The position numbers and the translations under genes were made by a program. The notes beneath the pieces are model-generated. The model was not told where the DNA came from. It searched no databases and saw only the letters and a program-made list of their open reading frames with translations. 64,000 nucleotides of DNA from an uncultured Planctomycetaceae bacterium (GTDB lineage: Bacteria > Planctomycetota > Phycisphaerae > SM23-33), in the NCBI GenBank assembly GCA_964642855.1, contig CAZXSK010000009.1, positions 12,106 to 76,105 of the forward strand, in the 5' to 3' direction. Below, piece by piece: positions 1 to 8,084 of this stretch. Position 1 is the stretch's first letter, and each line of letters starts with the position of its first letter.

Positions 1-226
1 ATCTGCCGGAGCTGGTCGACGATCTCCTCGGTGACGGGGTTGTAGGTGTTGTCCGTCGTCAAGGAGAACCTACTCCCGGGAGGAGTTCTGCTGTTTCCTG
101 AGTTGGTCCTGCTGCCGCCTCAGTTGCTCCGTGCGCCGGCGCCAGAATTCGAGTTGCTGTCCTCTGGACAATCCTTGCGTTTTCCTTTGCAGGACTTGGG
201 CGCCACGTCTCTTCATCTGCACGCAG

Positions 227-700
227 TCAAATGTCTTTGTCTTCATAGTGCACGACCTCGCGGGGCGACCGGATCTCCAAGCTGCCCCAACCATTCTCTA
301 CATTGACTTCATTATACAGGCGGATGCGATCCAGGTTCACGATATGCCTGAAGTTCCAGCTCACGATCAGTTCACACCGATTGACCGACGCCACCGCGAC
401 ATGGAGAGCATCATCGGCGGAGGATACGCCAACGATCCCGGCCAGCAGGTAGCTCTCCTGGAGCGACAGGGCATGGTCATCGATGTCGAGCAGATGGGTC
501 AGCGGAAGCATCCGCTCGAACAGATTCCGTATATCCTTGGGAGCGGGCTCAAGCTCTTCCTGAACAAGCGCTGAACTCGCAAGTGTGTATCGCTTGTTTC
601 TTACCTCTTGCATGAACATCTCGCTCGGAAGGCGAAATTCGTCGTCGAAAACGCCACCGAAGACAGATGTATCTGCGTAGACCAGCGCTGGACTACTCAT
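227..700 (-). CDS. PIN-domain (VapC-like) protein, possibly catalytically degenerate
   Basis: 157-aa ORF. N-terminal 'LVYADTSVFGG' acidic beta-strand and C-terminal 'DALHVAVASV..CELIVSWNFRHI' match the PIN/VapC core pattern (cf. 'DALIAATA..LVTRNxKDF'). The last catalytic Asp appears replaced (WNFRHI). Start overlaps the stop of the upstream small ORF. Confidence 0.45.
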   Translation of the reverse strand: MSSPALVYADTSVFGGVFDDEFRLPSEMFMQEVRNKRYTLASSALVQEELEPAPKDIRNLFERMLPLTHLLDIDDHALSLQESYLLAGIVGVSSADDALHVAVASVNRCELIVSWNFRHIVNLDRIRLYNEVNVENGWGSLEIRSPREVVHYEDKDI

Positions 701-1019
701 GGCCGTTGCTCTCCCCGGGAAACCCGTCCTTCGGATGCACCTTGACGTCCACGTGCTTGCGCGGCCTGGGGGGTTCGGCGTCCGGGTCGGCGGTATTCCA
801 GCCGGACATCTGCTGCTCGATGTGGTCGCGCAGCGCCTCGGTATCCCGCTGGAGCTTGCGCTTCAGAAGCCACCCACCGATGAGGGCGAACGGCAGGATC
901 ACGATCGCAAGCGCAGCAGCAACCACCACCGCAAGCGCGGTGAAGATGGATCCGATCAGCCAGCCGAAGAACGACTGCCTGCGTGACGGTTTCGGCAGTT
1001 GGATCCGCACCCAGCGCAT
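693..1019 (-). CDS. small single-pass membrane protein (hypothetical)
   Basis: 108-aa ORF with one strongly hydrophobic helix (FFGWLIGSIFTALAVVVAAALAIVILPFALIGGWLL). Its ATG overlaps the etfA stop (ATGA at 1017-1021) and its stop overlaps the PIN start, so it sits in the etfBA transcript. Confidence 0.35.
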   Translation of the reverse strand: MRWVRIQLPKPSRRQSFFGWLIGSIFTALAVVVAAALAIVILPFALIGGWLLKRKLQRDTEALRDHIEQQMSGWNTADPDAEPPRPRKHVDVKVHPKDGFPGESNGHE

Positions 1020-2056
1020 CAGCGGCCTTCCTTTCCGGCGGCGTCGTGGTTCCTGGCCTGGCGGACGGCTTCGGTCAGCGCGGGCAACACAACCATCATG
1101 TCACCCACGATGCCCAGGTCCGCCACCCGGAAGATCTGGGCGTCGGCATCGGTGTTGACGGCGACGATGGACTCGGCCGTCTGCATGCCGGCAAGGTGCT
1201 GGATACTCCCCGACGCCCCCGCGCCGACGTACAGCCTGGGGGTAACGGTCTTGCCCGACAGGCCGATCTGGTGGGCGTAGTCAACCCAGCCTCGGTCGAC
1301 GACGTCGCGCGTGGCGCCGATCGCTGCGCCCAGCACGTCGGCCAGTCCCTGGGCAACGGGCAGGTTGTCAGCCTTCTTCATGCCCCGCCCCACGGTGACG
1401 ACCACGTCGGCGTCCTGCACGCCCTTCTCATCGGGGAACGGCTGGAAGTCCACCCGCCGGACCCGACTTGCCAGCAGCGCTTCGTCCGGTTGATGCCGTT
1501 GGATCATGCCCGTGCGGTTCTCCTGGGCGGGTGCAGGCCGGGTCGAATGCGGCCTGACCGTCGCCATCTGGGGCCTGTGGTCGGGCGTCTTGATCGTGGC
1601 GAGCACGTTGCCCCCGATCGCCGGGCGCGTCTGGAGCAGGTTGCCCGTTTCCGGTTCGATATCCAGCACGGTACAGTCAGCGGTGAGCCCCGCGTGGACC
1701 TTCACCGCGACGTAGGGCAGCAGCGTCCGTCCGGTGGAAGTCGCCGCAGCAAGCAGGATCTCCGGCCTGCGCTGCTCGATGAGTTCGGCAAGGCAGGCCG
1801 CGTAGGGTTCGGGCAGGAAGTGCTCGAGTTGCTCGGCTTCGGTGGCGAGGACCGCATCGGCACCGCGGTCGATAAGTTCCTGCAGGTCGCGGTCGTCGAT
1901 CCGCCGGCCGAAGACAACAGCAGTCAGACTGCAGCCCCGCTTGTCGGCCAGTTCCCGTCCGCGCGTGAGCAGCTCGTGGCTGACGCGCTGCACGCGCCCA
2001 CCTTCCTGTTCGGCAAGGATCCACACGCCTTGATGTTCGTCGGGCAGGTGACTCAC
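1019..2056 (-). CDS. etfA: electron transfer flavoprotein alpha subunit
   Basis: Translation has the EtfA FAD-binding C-terminal domain (..PRLYVGAGASGSIQHLAGMQTAESIVAVNTDADAQIF..). GTG start chosen at 2056 (VSHLPDEHQGVWILAEQ), overlapping the etfB stop (GTGA). Confidence 0.8.
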   Translation of the reverse strand: MSHLPDEHQGVWILAEQEGGRVQRVSHELLTRGRELADKRGCSLTAVVFGRRIDDRDLQELIDRGADAVLATEAEQLEHFLPEPYAACLAELIEQRRPEILLAAATSTGRTLLPYVAVKVHAGLTADCTVLDIEPETGNLLQTRPAIGGNVLATIKTPDHRPQMATVRPHSTRPAPAQENRTGMIQRHQPDEALLASRVRRVDFQPFPDEKGVQDADVVVTVGRGMKKADNLPVAQGLADVLGAAIGATRDVVDRGWVDYAHQIGLSGKTVTPRLYVGAGASGSIQHLAGMQTAESIVAVNTDADAQIFRVADLGIVGDMMVVLPALTEAVRQARNHDAAGKEGR

Positions 2057-2847
2057 AGCAGATCCCTTTCGCGCAGGAACTCGACGAATCGCTCGGCTGC
2101 CTGGGCGACGGCGACATCGTCGCGCGCGACGAGTTTCTCGCATTGGCGGGCGACCTTGGGTCGGTGGATCTTCACCACGCGGGTTGGCGACCCGCCCAGC
2201 CCGAGGTCGGAGGCGTCCACGTCCAACTCGCCCGGGCCCCAGGTGGGAATCTCAGCCCGGCGGGCAGTCTGCTTGCCGCGCAGCGTCGGAAGGCGCGGGA
2301 AGCCGATCTCTTTGACGATGGTCAGCACGGCCGGTAGCTGGACTTCCAGGAATTCGTGGCCGGTTTCGACGGCGCGGCGGACGCGCGCGGACCCGCCGGA
2401 CGGGTGTATGTCACTGACGTAGGTTACGACGGGCAGGTCAAGGAACGCCGCGATCCCAGGCCCGACCTGGCCGGTGTCGCCATCGGTCGCGCGCTCTCCG
2501 CAAAGGATGAGGTCGAACTCGCCCAGCCTGCGTGCCCCGGCTGCGAGAGTGCAGGCGGTGGCCCAGGTGTCCGCCCCGGCGAAGGCACGGTCGCTGAGCA
2601 GCACGCCGTCGTCGCAGCCCATGGCGATGACTTCCCGCAGGGCCGTGCTCGCCTTGGGAGGGCCCATGGTGATGGCGGTGACCGTCGCGTCGCAGGAGTC
2701 CTTCAGGCGCAGGGCGCTTTCTACCGCGTAGAGGTCCAGCGGGTTGACGATGGCTTCGACGCCTTCGCGGATCATCGTGCCGGTCTCCTCGTCCATGCGG
2801 ACGGCCGAGGTCTCGGGCACCTGCTTGATGGGAACCAGTATTCTCAT
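2053..2847 (-). CDS. etfB: electron transfer flavoprotein beta subunit
   Basis: Starts MRILVPIKQVPETSAVRMDEETGTMIREGV.., the canonical EtfB N-terminus. 264 aa. The ORF track extends further upstream, but the ATG at 2847 fits the family length. Confidence 0.8.
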   Translation of the reverse strand: MRILVPIKQVPETSAVRMDEETGTMIREGVEAIVNPLDLYAVESALRLKDSCDATVTAITMGPPKASTALREVIAMGCDDGVLLSDRAFAGADTWATACTLAAGARRLGEFDLILCGERATDGDTGQVGPGIAAFLDLPVVTYVSDIHPSGGSARVRRAVETGHEFLEVQLPAVLTIVKEIGFPRLPTLRGKQTARRAEIPTWGPGELDVDASDLGLGGSPTRVVKIHRPKVARQCEKLVARDDVAVAQAAERFVEFLRERDLL

Positions 2848-3100
2848 GGTCGAAGGCGGGTCTCCTCCAGAATGCCCCGTCGGGGCGTGACGTAGCATCC
2901 CATTTCTAGCGGGCGTGGTGGCAGGGGTCAAGCGATCCCGTGGCCTCCTCCGGCTGGATGTCTCCGCCGGTGCTCCTGAAAGGGTAGTCCGGCGGGGCAG
3001 ACGGACATTGCGCACAAAACCGCCCGGGGCTATTGGCCGGTTCCGAACGGGGATTGTATGCTCTCTTCAGACAGGGCAGCGGGTGCAGGAGGAACAGGGC

Positions 3101-3556
3101 ATGGGCATCTGTAAGCAATTTGTATGCAAGGGCTTGGTTCTGGTCTTGATCGGGCTTGTCGCGGTGTGTCTCACCGGATGCAGCCAAGGCGGGCCTTCCG
3201 CCCACGGGCCCGAGAAGGTCTACATCTGCAGCGACGGTTCCTGCGAAGCTCCGCCCCGGGTCAAACCGGCGGATCAGCAGCTCGATGTCTCTTACTTCCC
3301 GGAACTCGGCGAAAATCCCCCTCCCGAAGCGGCCGCTGTGGCGATGGAGGACCACCGCGGTGTCGAGTGGCTGGACCGGCCGCTGGAGACCCGCGAATAC
3401 GGCTTCTCCGAAGCCGTGAATTTTGATCGCAGACCCGACATGGCCGAGCGTGTCTTCAACCGTGCGGTTGACAGTGGGGTGTGGTTCGGTGTGAACCAGG
3501 CGCTGGGCGGCGGTCCCGCCATGGCAGGCATCCTGTTCGCCGCGAGGCAGTTCTAG
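3101..3556 (+). CDS. lipoprotein, hypothetical
   Basis: ATG at 3101 is preceded by GCAGGAGGAACAGGGC (an SD-like sequence). Signal peptide plus lipobox (LVAVCLTGCSQG). No recognisable domain. Confidence 0.45.
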   Translation: MGICKQFVCKGLVLVLIGLVAVCLTGCSQGGPSAHGPEKVYICSDGSCEAPPRVKPADQQLDVSYFPELGENPPPEAAAVAMEDHRGVEWLDRPLETREYGFSEAVNFDRRPDMAERVFNRAVDSGVWFGVNQALGGGPAMAGILFAARQF

Positions 3557-3572
3557 CCCCCCGTTGGTTGGG

Positions 3573-3896
3573 TTACCGGTCGTCCTCGATCACGACCGCC
3601 GTCCCGAAGGCCAGCAACTCTGCCGCTCCGCTCATCAGCGCCGAGGTGGAGAATCGCATCGCGACCACCGCATTGGCGCCGAGTTGCTCGGCTGATTCCT
3701 TCATGCGGTCGATCGCCTGCTCGCGCGATTCGGCGATGAGCTTGGTGTACTCGGAGATTTCCCCGCCGACCACGTGACGCAGCAGGGCGGTGATATCCCG
3801 GCCGACGTGGCTGGCGCGGATGGTGTTGCCCCACACCACGCCCTTGCTCTCGACGATCCGCTTGCCCTGGATCGTCTCGGTCGTCACGCAGATCAT
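3573..3896 (-). CDS. YbjQ/UPF0145 family protein (heavy-metal-binding-domain-like)
   Basis: ~107 aa starting MICVTTETIQGKRIVESKGVVWGNTI..AVVAMRF..GTAVVIEDDR, typical of the YbjQ family. ATGA overlap with the upstream anti-sigma gene. Confidence 0.6.
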   Translation of the reverse strand: MICVTTETIQGKRIVESKGVVWGNTIRASHVGRDITALLRHVVGGEISEYTKLIAESREQAIDRMKESAEQLGANAVVAMRFSTSALMSGAAELLAFGTAVVIEDDR

Positions 3897-4342
3897 CGCT
3901 TCACCTCTCTGGAGTATCGGTCGGTCTTGCAGGCAGCCAGTCTCTCGCGAAGGACCGACAGGAACAGCACCACCAGTCCGAGAACGCCGACCGAGATCCC
4001 CGCACGCAGCAGCAGGGCGGTGGCGGTGTCTTCGACGACCCAGTGGATGAACCGCGAGGCGATGTACACGGCGATGCCCGCGACCCCCGCGACGAAAAGC
4101 AGCCAGCCGGTGCGACGCTCGAGACGGTTGTACACGCACTGCCAGTAGCGTTCGAGTTGTTCGTCTGTGGGGTCGGCAAAGCTCAGCGACGCCAGGTCTT
4201 CGTTGAGTCTGCGGAACTCGTCGAGTTCGCGACGGAGCTGTTCGTCGCTTTCCAGCTTCTGTTCGAAGGCGGCCTTGTCTTCCGGCGAGAGTTCACCATC
4301 GAGATAGGCCATCATCGTCAGTTTCGGGTCGGTAGGGGTCAT
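3893..4342 (-). CDS. anti-sigma factor (single transmembrane helix)
   Basis: Immediately downstream of an ECF sigma factor with an ATGA start/stop overlap at 4339-4342. N-terminal cytoplasmic helix (MMAYLDGELSPEDKAAFEQKL..) and a C-terminal TM helix (WLLFVAGVAGIAVYIA). Confidence 0.55.
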   Translation of the reverse strand: MTPTDPKLTMMAYLDGELSPEDKAAFEQKLESDEQLRRELDEFRRLNEDLASLSFADPTDEQLERYWQCVYNRLERRTGWLLFVAGVAGIAVYIASRFIHWVVEDTATALLLRAGISVGVLGLVVLFLSVLRERLAACKTDRYSREVKR

Positions 4343-4914
4343 GACATCTCCTCCGCCAGGGCATCGCGAAGGGCGTTGCGGGCGGCATGAAGCCGCGAGG
4401 TCACCGTGCCGATGGGCACCCCCAGATCGGCGGCCATCTGCTTGTAGGACATGTCCAGGAAGTGACTCATGACAATGACCTCCCGGTGGAGGTCGGAGAG
4501 TTGGAGTACGGCCTGCCAGACCTGCTCCTGCCTCTCGGACCGCTGGGCGACCCCGACGGGGTCGTGGTGGGGGTTGGTGTCGGCGTGGATGTCGGTAAGC
4601 TCGGACGTGCCTTTTCCCTTGCGTTTCCGTAGTCGGTCGCGGCAGGTGTTTCGAAGAATGGTAGAGAACCACGTGTAGAACTTCGACCGGCCATCGAATC
4701 GGGCGATGTTCTTCCATGCCTTGACGAAGGCTTCCTGTGAGGCGTCCTGGGCGTCTTCGTGACAGCCCAGCAGCATGCGTGCCGTCCCGGCCGCGGCCGA
4801 TGCGTAGCGCTTGACGATCCGGCTGAAGGCAGCCTTGTCGCCCGCTTTGCATCGTTCGATGAGGGCGACCTCGTCGTCGGGGTTGATCGTCGGTCTGTCC
4901 AGCACGAGTTCCAC
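4339..4914 (-). CDS. ECF (sigma-70 family) RNA polymerase sigma factor
   Basis: 191 aa. Region 2 (..EAFVKAWKNIARFDGRSKFYTWFSTILRNTCRDRLRKRK..) and region 4 HTH (..LSDLHREVIVMSHFLDMSYKQMAADLGVPIGTVTSRLHAARNALR) are present. Confidence 0.75.
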   Translation of the reverse strand: MELVLDRPTINPDDEVALIERCKAGDKAAFSRIVKRYASAAAGTARMLLGCHEDAQDASQEAFVKAWKNIARFDGRSKFYTWFSTILRNTCRDRLRKRKGKGTSELTDIHADTNPHHDPVGVAQRSERQEQVWQAVLQLSDLHREVIVMSHFLDMSYKQMAADLGVPIGTVTSRLHAARNALRDALAEEMS

Positions 4915-5124
4915 TGCTCCTATAGACGCGGTCGGAGGGACCGTTCATCTGCTTCCGTGGCGGATTCTTGCAGGTTTTTCTCCGGGAGGCAAGGGTTCGG
5001 GTGGGGGGAGTGTCGGCTTCTGCAAGGCGCTTGTCTTTGCGGTTGCCCGAAGCTACACTTGGCGGAATCATTGGCAACAGGCCCGCCAGATGGGGCCCGA
5101 ACTTGGAAAGGATGACCTATCGCC

Positions 5125-6351
5125 ATGACCAGCCAAGACGGAACGACTCACCTGTTTACCAGCGAATCGGTGACCAAGGGACACCCCGACAAAGTCGCCG
5201 ACCAGATCTCCGATGCCATTCTCGACAGCCTGCTGAAACACGACCCCAGGGCTCGCGTGGCCTGTGAAACCCTCGTAACGACCGGGCTGGTCGTGCTGGC
5301 TGGGGAGGTGACCGTTCACAACCCCAAGGCCGAGCGGGCGCTGGAACAGGCTGAGGATACCGTTCGAGAAACCATCCGCTCGATCGGGTACGACGACCCG
5401 GCGACCGGTTTTGACTATCGCAGCTGTGCCGTCGTGCGGGCGTTGCACAGCCAATCTGCCGACATTTCCCAGGGCGTGACGGAGGGCAAGGGCGAGCATC
5501 GCGAGCAGGGCGCCGGCGACCAGGGCCTGATGTTCGGCTTCGCCTGCGACGAGACCTCCGCCCTGATGCCCATGCCGGTCTACCTGGCCCATCGGCTGAC
5601 CGAGCGACTGAGCGAGGTCCGCGAAAGCGGCGAGATGCCCTGGCTGAGACCCGACGGCAAGAGCCAGGTAACCGTGGAGTACAAGGACAACGTACCCAGC
5701 CGGATCCACACGGTGGTGCTTTCGACACAGCACACGGAAGACGCCGTGAATCCCAAGACGGGCATGATGACCAAGAAAGCCCGCAAGGAGCTGATCGACA
5801 AGGTCGTCAAGCCGGTGATCGAGGATGAATGCCCCGAATTGTGGAACCGGCAGATGATCTTCCATATCAACCCGACGGGGCGGTTCGTGATCGGCGGCCC
5901 GTACGGCGACGCCGGTCTGACCGGCAGGAAGATCATCGTCGATACCTACGGCGGGCGGGGCGCCCACGGCGGCGGAGCGTTCTCCGGCAAGGATCCCACC
6001 AAGGTGGACCGCTCGGCGAGTTACATGGCCCGCTACATCGCCAAGAATATCGTCGCGGCGAAGCTGGCGAAGGTCTGCGAGGTCCAGCTGTCCTACGCCA
6101 TCGGCGTGGCCGACCCGATCAGCGTCCTGGTCGATTGCGAGGGCACGCAGGTCGTCGATGAGGCGGACATCGCCGGCGCCGTCGTCAAGCTCTTCCCGCT
6201 GAAGCCCAAGGGCATCATCGAGCATCTCAAGCTCGATCGCCCGATCTATGAGGCCACTGCCCACGACGGACACTTCGGCCGCAAGGATCGGAAGTTCACC
6301 TGGGAGAAGACGGACATGGCCAAGAAACTCCGCCAGGCCTGCAAGGCCTGA
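5125..6351 (+). CDS. metK: S-adenosylmethionine synthetase
   Basis: [21 protein letters not shown].., [40 protein letters not shown]. Full-length canonical MetK. Confidence 0.95.
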   Translation: MTSQDGTTHLFTSESVTKGHPDKVADQISDAILDSLLKHDPRARVACETLVTTGLVVLAGEVTVHNPKAERALEQAEDTVRETIRSIGYDDPATGFDYRSCAVVRALHSQSADISQGVTEGKGEHREQGAGDQGLMFGFACDETSALMPMPVYLAHRLTERLSEVRESGEMPWLRPDGKSQVTVEYKDNVPSRIHTVVLSTQHTEDAVNPKTGMMTKKARKELIDKVVKPVIEDECPELWNRQMIFHINPTGRFVIGGPYGDAGLTGRKIIVDTYGGRGAHGGGAFSGKDPTKVDRSASYMARYIAKNIVAAKLAKVCEVQLSYAIGVADPISVLVDCEGTQVVDEADIAGAVVKLFPLKPKGIIEHLKLDRPIYEATAHDGHFGRKDRKFTWEKTDMAKKLRQACKA

Positions 6352-6437
6352 GGGGCGTCTGCTGATACTCGCAAGCCCGGGGGCCGCGATCGCTTCCGGG
6401 CTTGTTCCTTCTCTAGGTCGAAGACAGCGAGAATTCC

Positions 6438-7520
6438 ATGACTTCACGAGAGATCATCCAGACGCTGCTCGCCAAAGACATTCCGGAGCGGGCGGGCGTT
6501 CACGAGCACTTCTGGCCGTTCATCGTCGAGAATGGCTGGGGGGAGCAGGGCGTGGAGAAAGGAACCGACTTCGCCGAGAGATTCGATCTCGACATCGCCA
6601 ACGTGCAGTGGTTCTGGGCACCGGAGCCCAGGTGCGACCTGGCCGGGACGATGGAAGAGACCGACGAGTGGATCGTCCGGCGCGACGGGTGGGGATCGGT
6701 GAAGAAGGAATGGAAGCACAAAGCCGGCACGCCCGAACACGTGGGCTTCACGATCACGTCGCCGGAGATCTGGCGGAGCGATTTCCGCGAGGCGTTCCTG
6801 GCGATCGATCTGCGGCAGCACGTCGACGTGGAAGGCATCGCCTCGACGCTCAGCCGTCTGAAGGCGGGGGAGCGATTCGTGACGTATTCCGTGCCGTCGG
6901 TCTTCGAGGAGATGCGACGGATCCTCGGGGACGTGACGATGCTCGAATCGTTGCTGCTGGAGAAGGACTTCATCCACGAGTTCTGCAAGGCGATCACTGA
7001 CACCGACGTGGCGTACTTCGAGCTGTTGTTCTCCGAGGCAGGCCTGCCGGACGGCATTCACGTCTACGACGATCTGGGCTATACGCAGGCGCCGTTCGCA
7101 TCTCCCGACTGTCATCGCGAGATGGTCCTGCCGTACCACAAGCAGCTGGTTGGCCTGTTCAAGGACCATGGCCTGCCTGTGATTCTGCACACCTGCGGCG
7201 ACTTCCGTCCTCACCTGCCGGCAATCGTGGAGGCGGGGTTCGACTGCATCCAGGCGCTGGAGGCCAAGACGGGCATGAACGCGGTCGACCTGGCGGGGGA
7301 ATGGAAGGACAAGCTCTGTTTCATGGGCAATCTCGACGTGCGTGCCTTCGAGAGCGGCGACCGCGATCGGATTCGCGAGGAATGCCTCGGCAAGCTCAAG
7401 GGCATGGTTGAGCAGCGCGCCCCGTACGTGTTCATGTCCGACCACTCGATCCCGCCGACGGTCAGCGTGGCTGACTACGAATACGCCTTGGGACTTTTCC
7501 GCGAGAACTGCAGGTACTGA
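6438..7520 (+). CDS. uroporphyrinogen decarboxylase (URO-D) family protein, not canonical HemE
   Basis: 360 aa with the URO-D/MtaA-like TIM-barrel pattern (..VILHTCGDFRPHLPAIVEAGFDCIQ..). Lacks the HemE N-terminal PVWxMRQAGR signature. Confidence 0.65.
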   Translation: MTSREIIQTLLAKDIPERAGVHEHFWPFIVENGWGEQGVEKGTDFAERFDLDIANVQWFWAPEPRCDLAGTMEETDEWIVRRDGWGSVKKEWKHKAGTPEHVGFTITSPEIWRSDFREAFLAIDLRQHVDVEGIASTLSRLKAGERFVTYSVPSVFEEMRRILGDVTMLESLLLEKDFIHEFCKAITDTDVAYFELLFSEAGLPDGIHVYDDLGYTQAPFASPDCHREMVLPYHKQLVGLFKDHGLPVILHTCGDFRPHLPAIVEAGFDCIQALEAKTGMNAVDLAGEWKDKLCFMGNLDVRAFESGDRDRIREECLGKLKGMVEQRAPYVFMSDHSIPPTVSVADYEYALGLFRENCRY

Positions 7521-7594
7521 GGACCGACAGCGCGGCCCGGCTTGTCGTGAAGGGCGAAGCGAAGACGGCCCATGCGCGTTGGAGCACAGCGCAT

Positions 7595-7632
7595 GAAAAC
7601 CCCCGCCCTGTCTCAGAGCGGGGGGGAGTGAT
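7595..7632. terminator. GC-rich hairpin between convergent URO-D gene and rpmH, candidate bidirectional intrinsic terminator
   Basis: CCCCCGCCCTGTCTCAGAGCGGGGGGG. On the minus strand the stem is followed by TTTTCATGC. Confidence 0.4.
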
Positions 7633-7692
7633 CTTGTCTTCCGGCCTGGCCTGTATGCCCGGGGCACACGGCAGCCGGCGGCGGTCGTCAGG

Positions 7693-7827
7693 TCAGACGA
7701 CCTGGACCTTTCGGCCTTTGCGTCGCTTGCGGTTGATCAGCTTCCTGCCCCTGGACGTTCTCATCCGTGCCCGGAAGCCGATGCTGCGGGCTCGCTTGCG
7801 CTTGGAAACTCTTCTCGGATAGTGCAT
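7693..7827 (-). CDS. rpmH: 50S ribosomal protein L34
   Basis: Minus-strand translation MHYPRRVSKRKRARSIGFRARMRTSRGRKLINRKRRKGRKVQVV (44 aa) matches the L34 consensus MKRTYQPSKRKRxxxHGFRARMxTxxGRxVLxxRRxKGRK. This small ORF is not in the supplied track. Confidence 0.85.
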   Translation of the reverse strand: MHYPRRVSKRKRARSIGFRARMRTSRGRKLINRKRRKGRKVQVV

Positions 7828-8084
7828 AGGTCACCTCGTCGCTGCTGTGACGGAATCTCTGGTCGGTCAAAGACCCGATAAGATACAGGGCGTTCGGGAA
7901 GGAGGCAAGGGCTTTTTTCGTGTGGCGGCGTCTCGCGACGGGGATTGGCGGGGGAAAGCGCGAAAAACCCGCAAAGTTGCCGAATTGCCTTTGCCGAACT
8001 GCTATGGAAAGGGTTAGAGAATGTCTCTTTCCCGCCCGGGAGGGGGTGAGGTCGTCGAATCTCGACGATGGAAAGGCCACGGTG

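Noticed and set aside
6444-7667. 407-aa minus-strand ORF that would sit immediately downstream of rpmH (where rnpA is expected)
   Set aside because: It fully overlaps the well-supported plus-strand URO-D family gene and has no RnpA motif. The genuine rnpA is at 50341-50715.
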